A DNA stretch of 64,000 nucleotides from Octopus sinensis (lineage: Eukaryota): positions 21,328,001-21,392,000 of the forward strand of contig NC_042997.1 of the NCBI RefSeq assembly GCF_006345805.1. Direction: 5' to 3'. Under the pieces are notes generated by a model, which had not been told where the DNA came from, did no database searches, and saw only the letters and a program-made list of their open reading frames with translations. Both the position numbers and the translations under genes were made by a program. Below, piece by piece: positions 63,601-64,000 of the stretch; position 1 is the first letter of the stretch, and each line of letters starts with the position of its first letter.

Positions 63601-63620
63601 TATAAGTAATAAGCATATAT

Positions 63621-63666
<46 letters not shown>

Positions 63667-63747
63667 GGAATAAACACATAAATGTGAAACAAGGTGGAAA
63701 AAAGAGTACTCAAATACCAGTGGTAGAGTAATATGCTTTAAATAAAG

Positions 63748-63813
<66 letters not shown>

Positions 63814-64000
63814 CATATATACATATATATATATGTATATTTATATGTATATATACATAAACAGACATACACACACAGCTATATATGTATACATATATAA
63901 AGTGCATGTATATGTGAGAGTGTGTGTAAGTGTGTATATTTTATATGTATCTCTTTGTGTGTCTATCTCTGCCCATATTTGTGTGTACAGTTTTCTATAT

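Overview
AT-rich, microsatellite-saturated eukaryotic DNA. The SINE families look like those I recall from Octopus, so a coleoid cephalopod origin is inferred but not verified. No host gene can be identified with confidence; there are only a few candidate exons, the best being 46335-46795. The window is mostly transposable elements. It holds one near-intact full-length CR1/L2-group LINE (minus strand, about 51268-56450) with a Myb/SANT-like plus CCCH ORF1, an APE-RT ORF2 broken by one frameshift, and a modular tandem array in its presumed 5' UTR. It also holds decayed R4/Dong, RTE, CR1, Penelope-like, Gypsy gag, mariner and maT-like fragments, and many tRNA-derived SINEs. The most notable items are: (1) a cluster at 61.4-62.1 kb with a minimal hammerhead ribozyme at the tip of a 138-nt rod and a tRNA-promoter-headed hammerhead element pointing the other way; (2) a 3' stem-loop shared between the LINE and the commonest SINE, with compensatory substitutions; (3) the unusual ORF1 and 5' array of the LINE. 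All calls were made by eye and from recalled motif knowledge. No searches or folding programs were run, and element boundaries are approximate.
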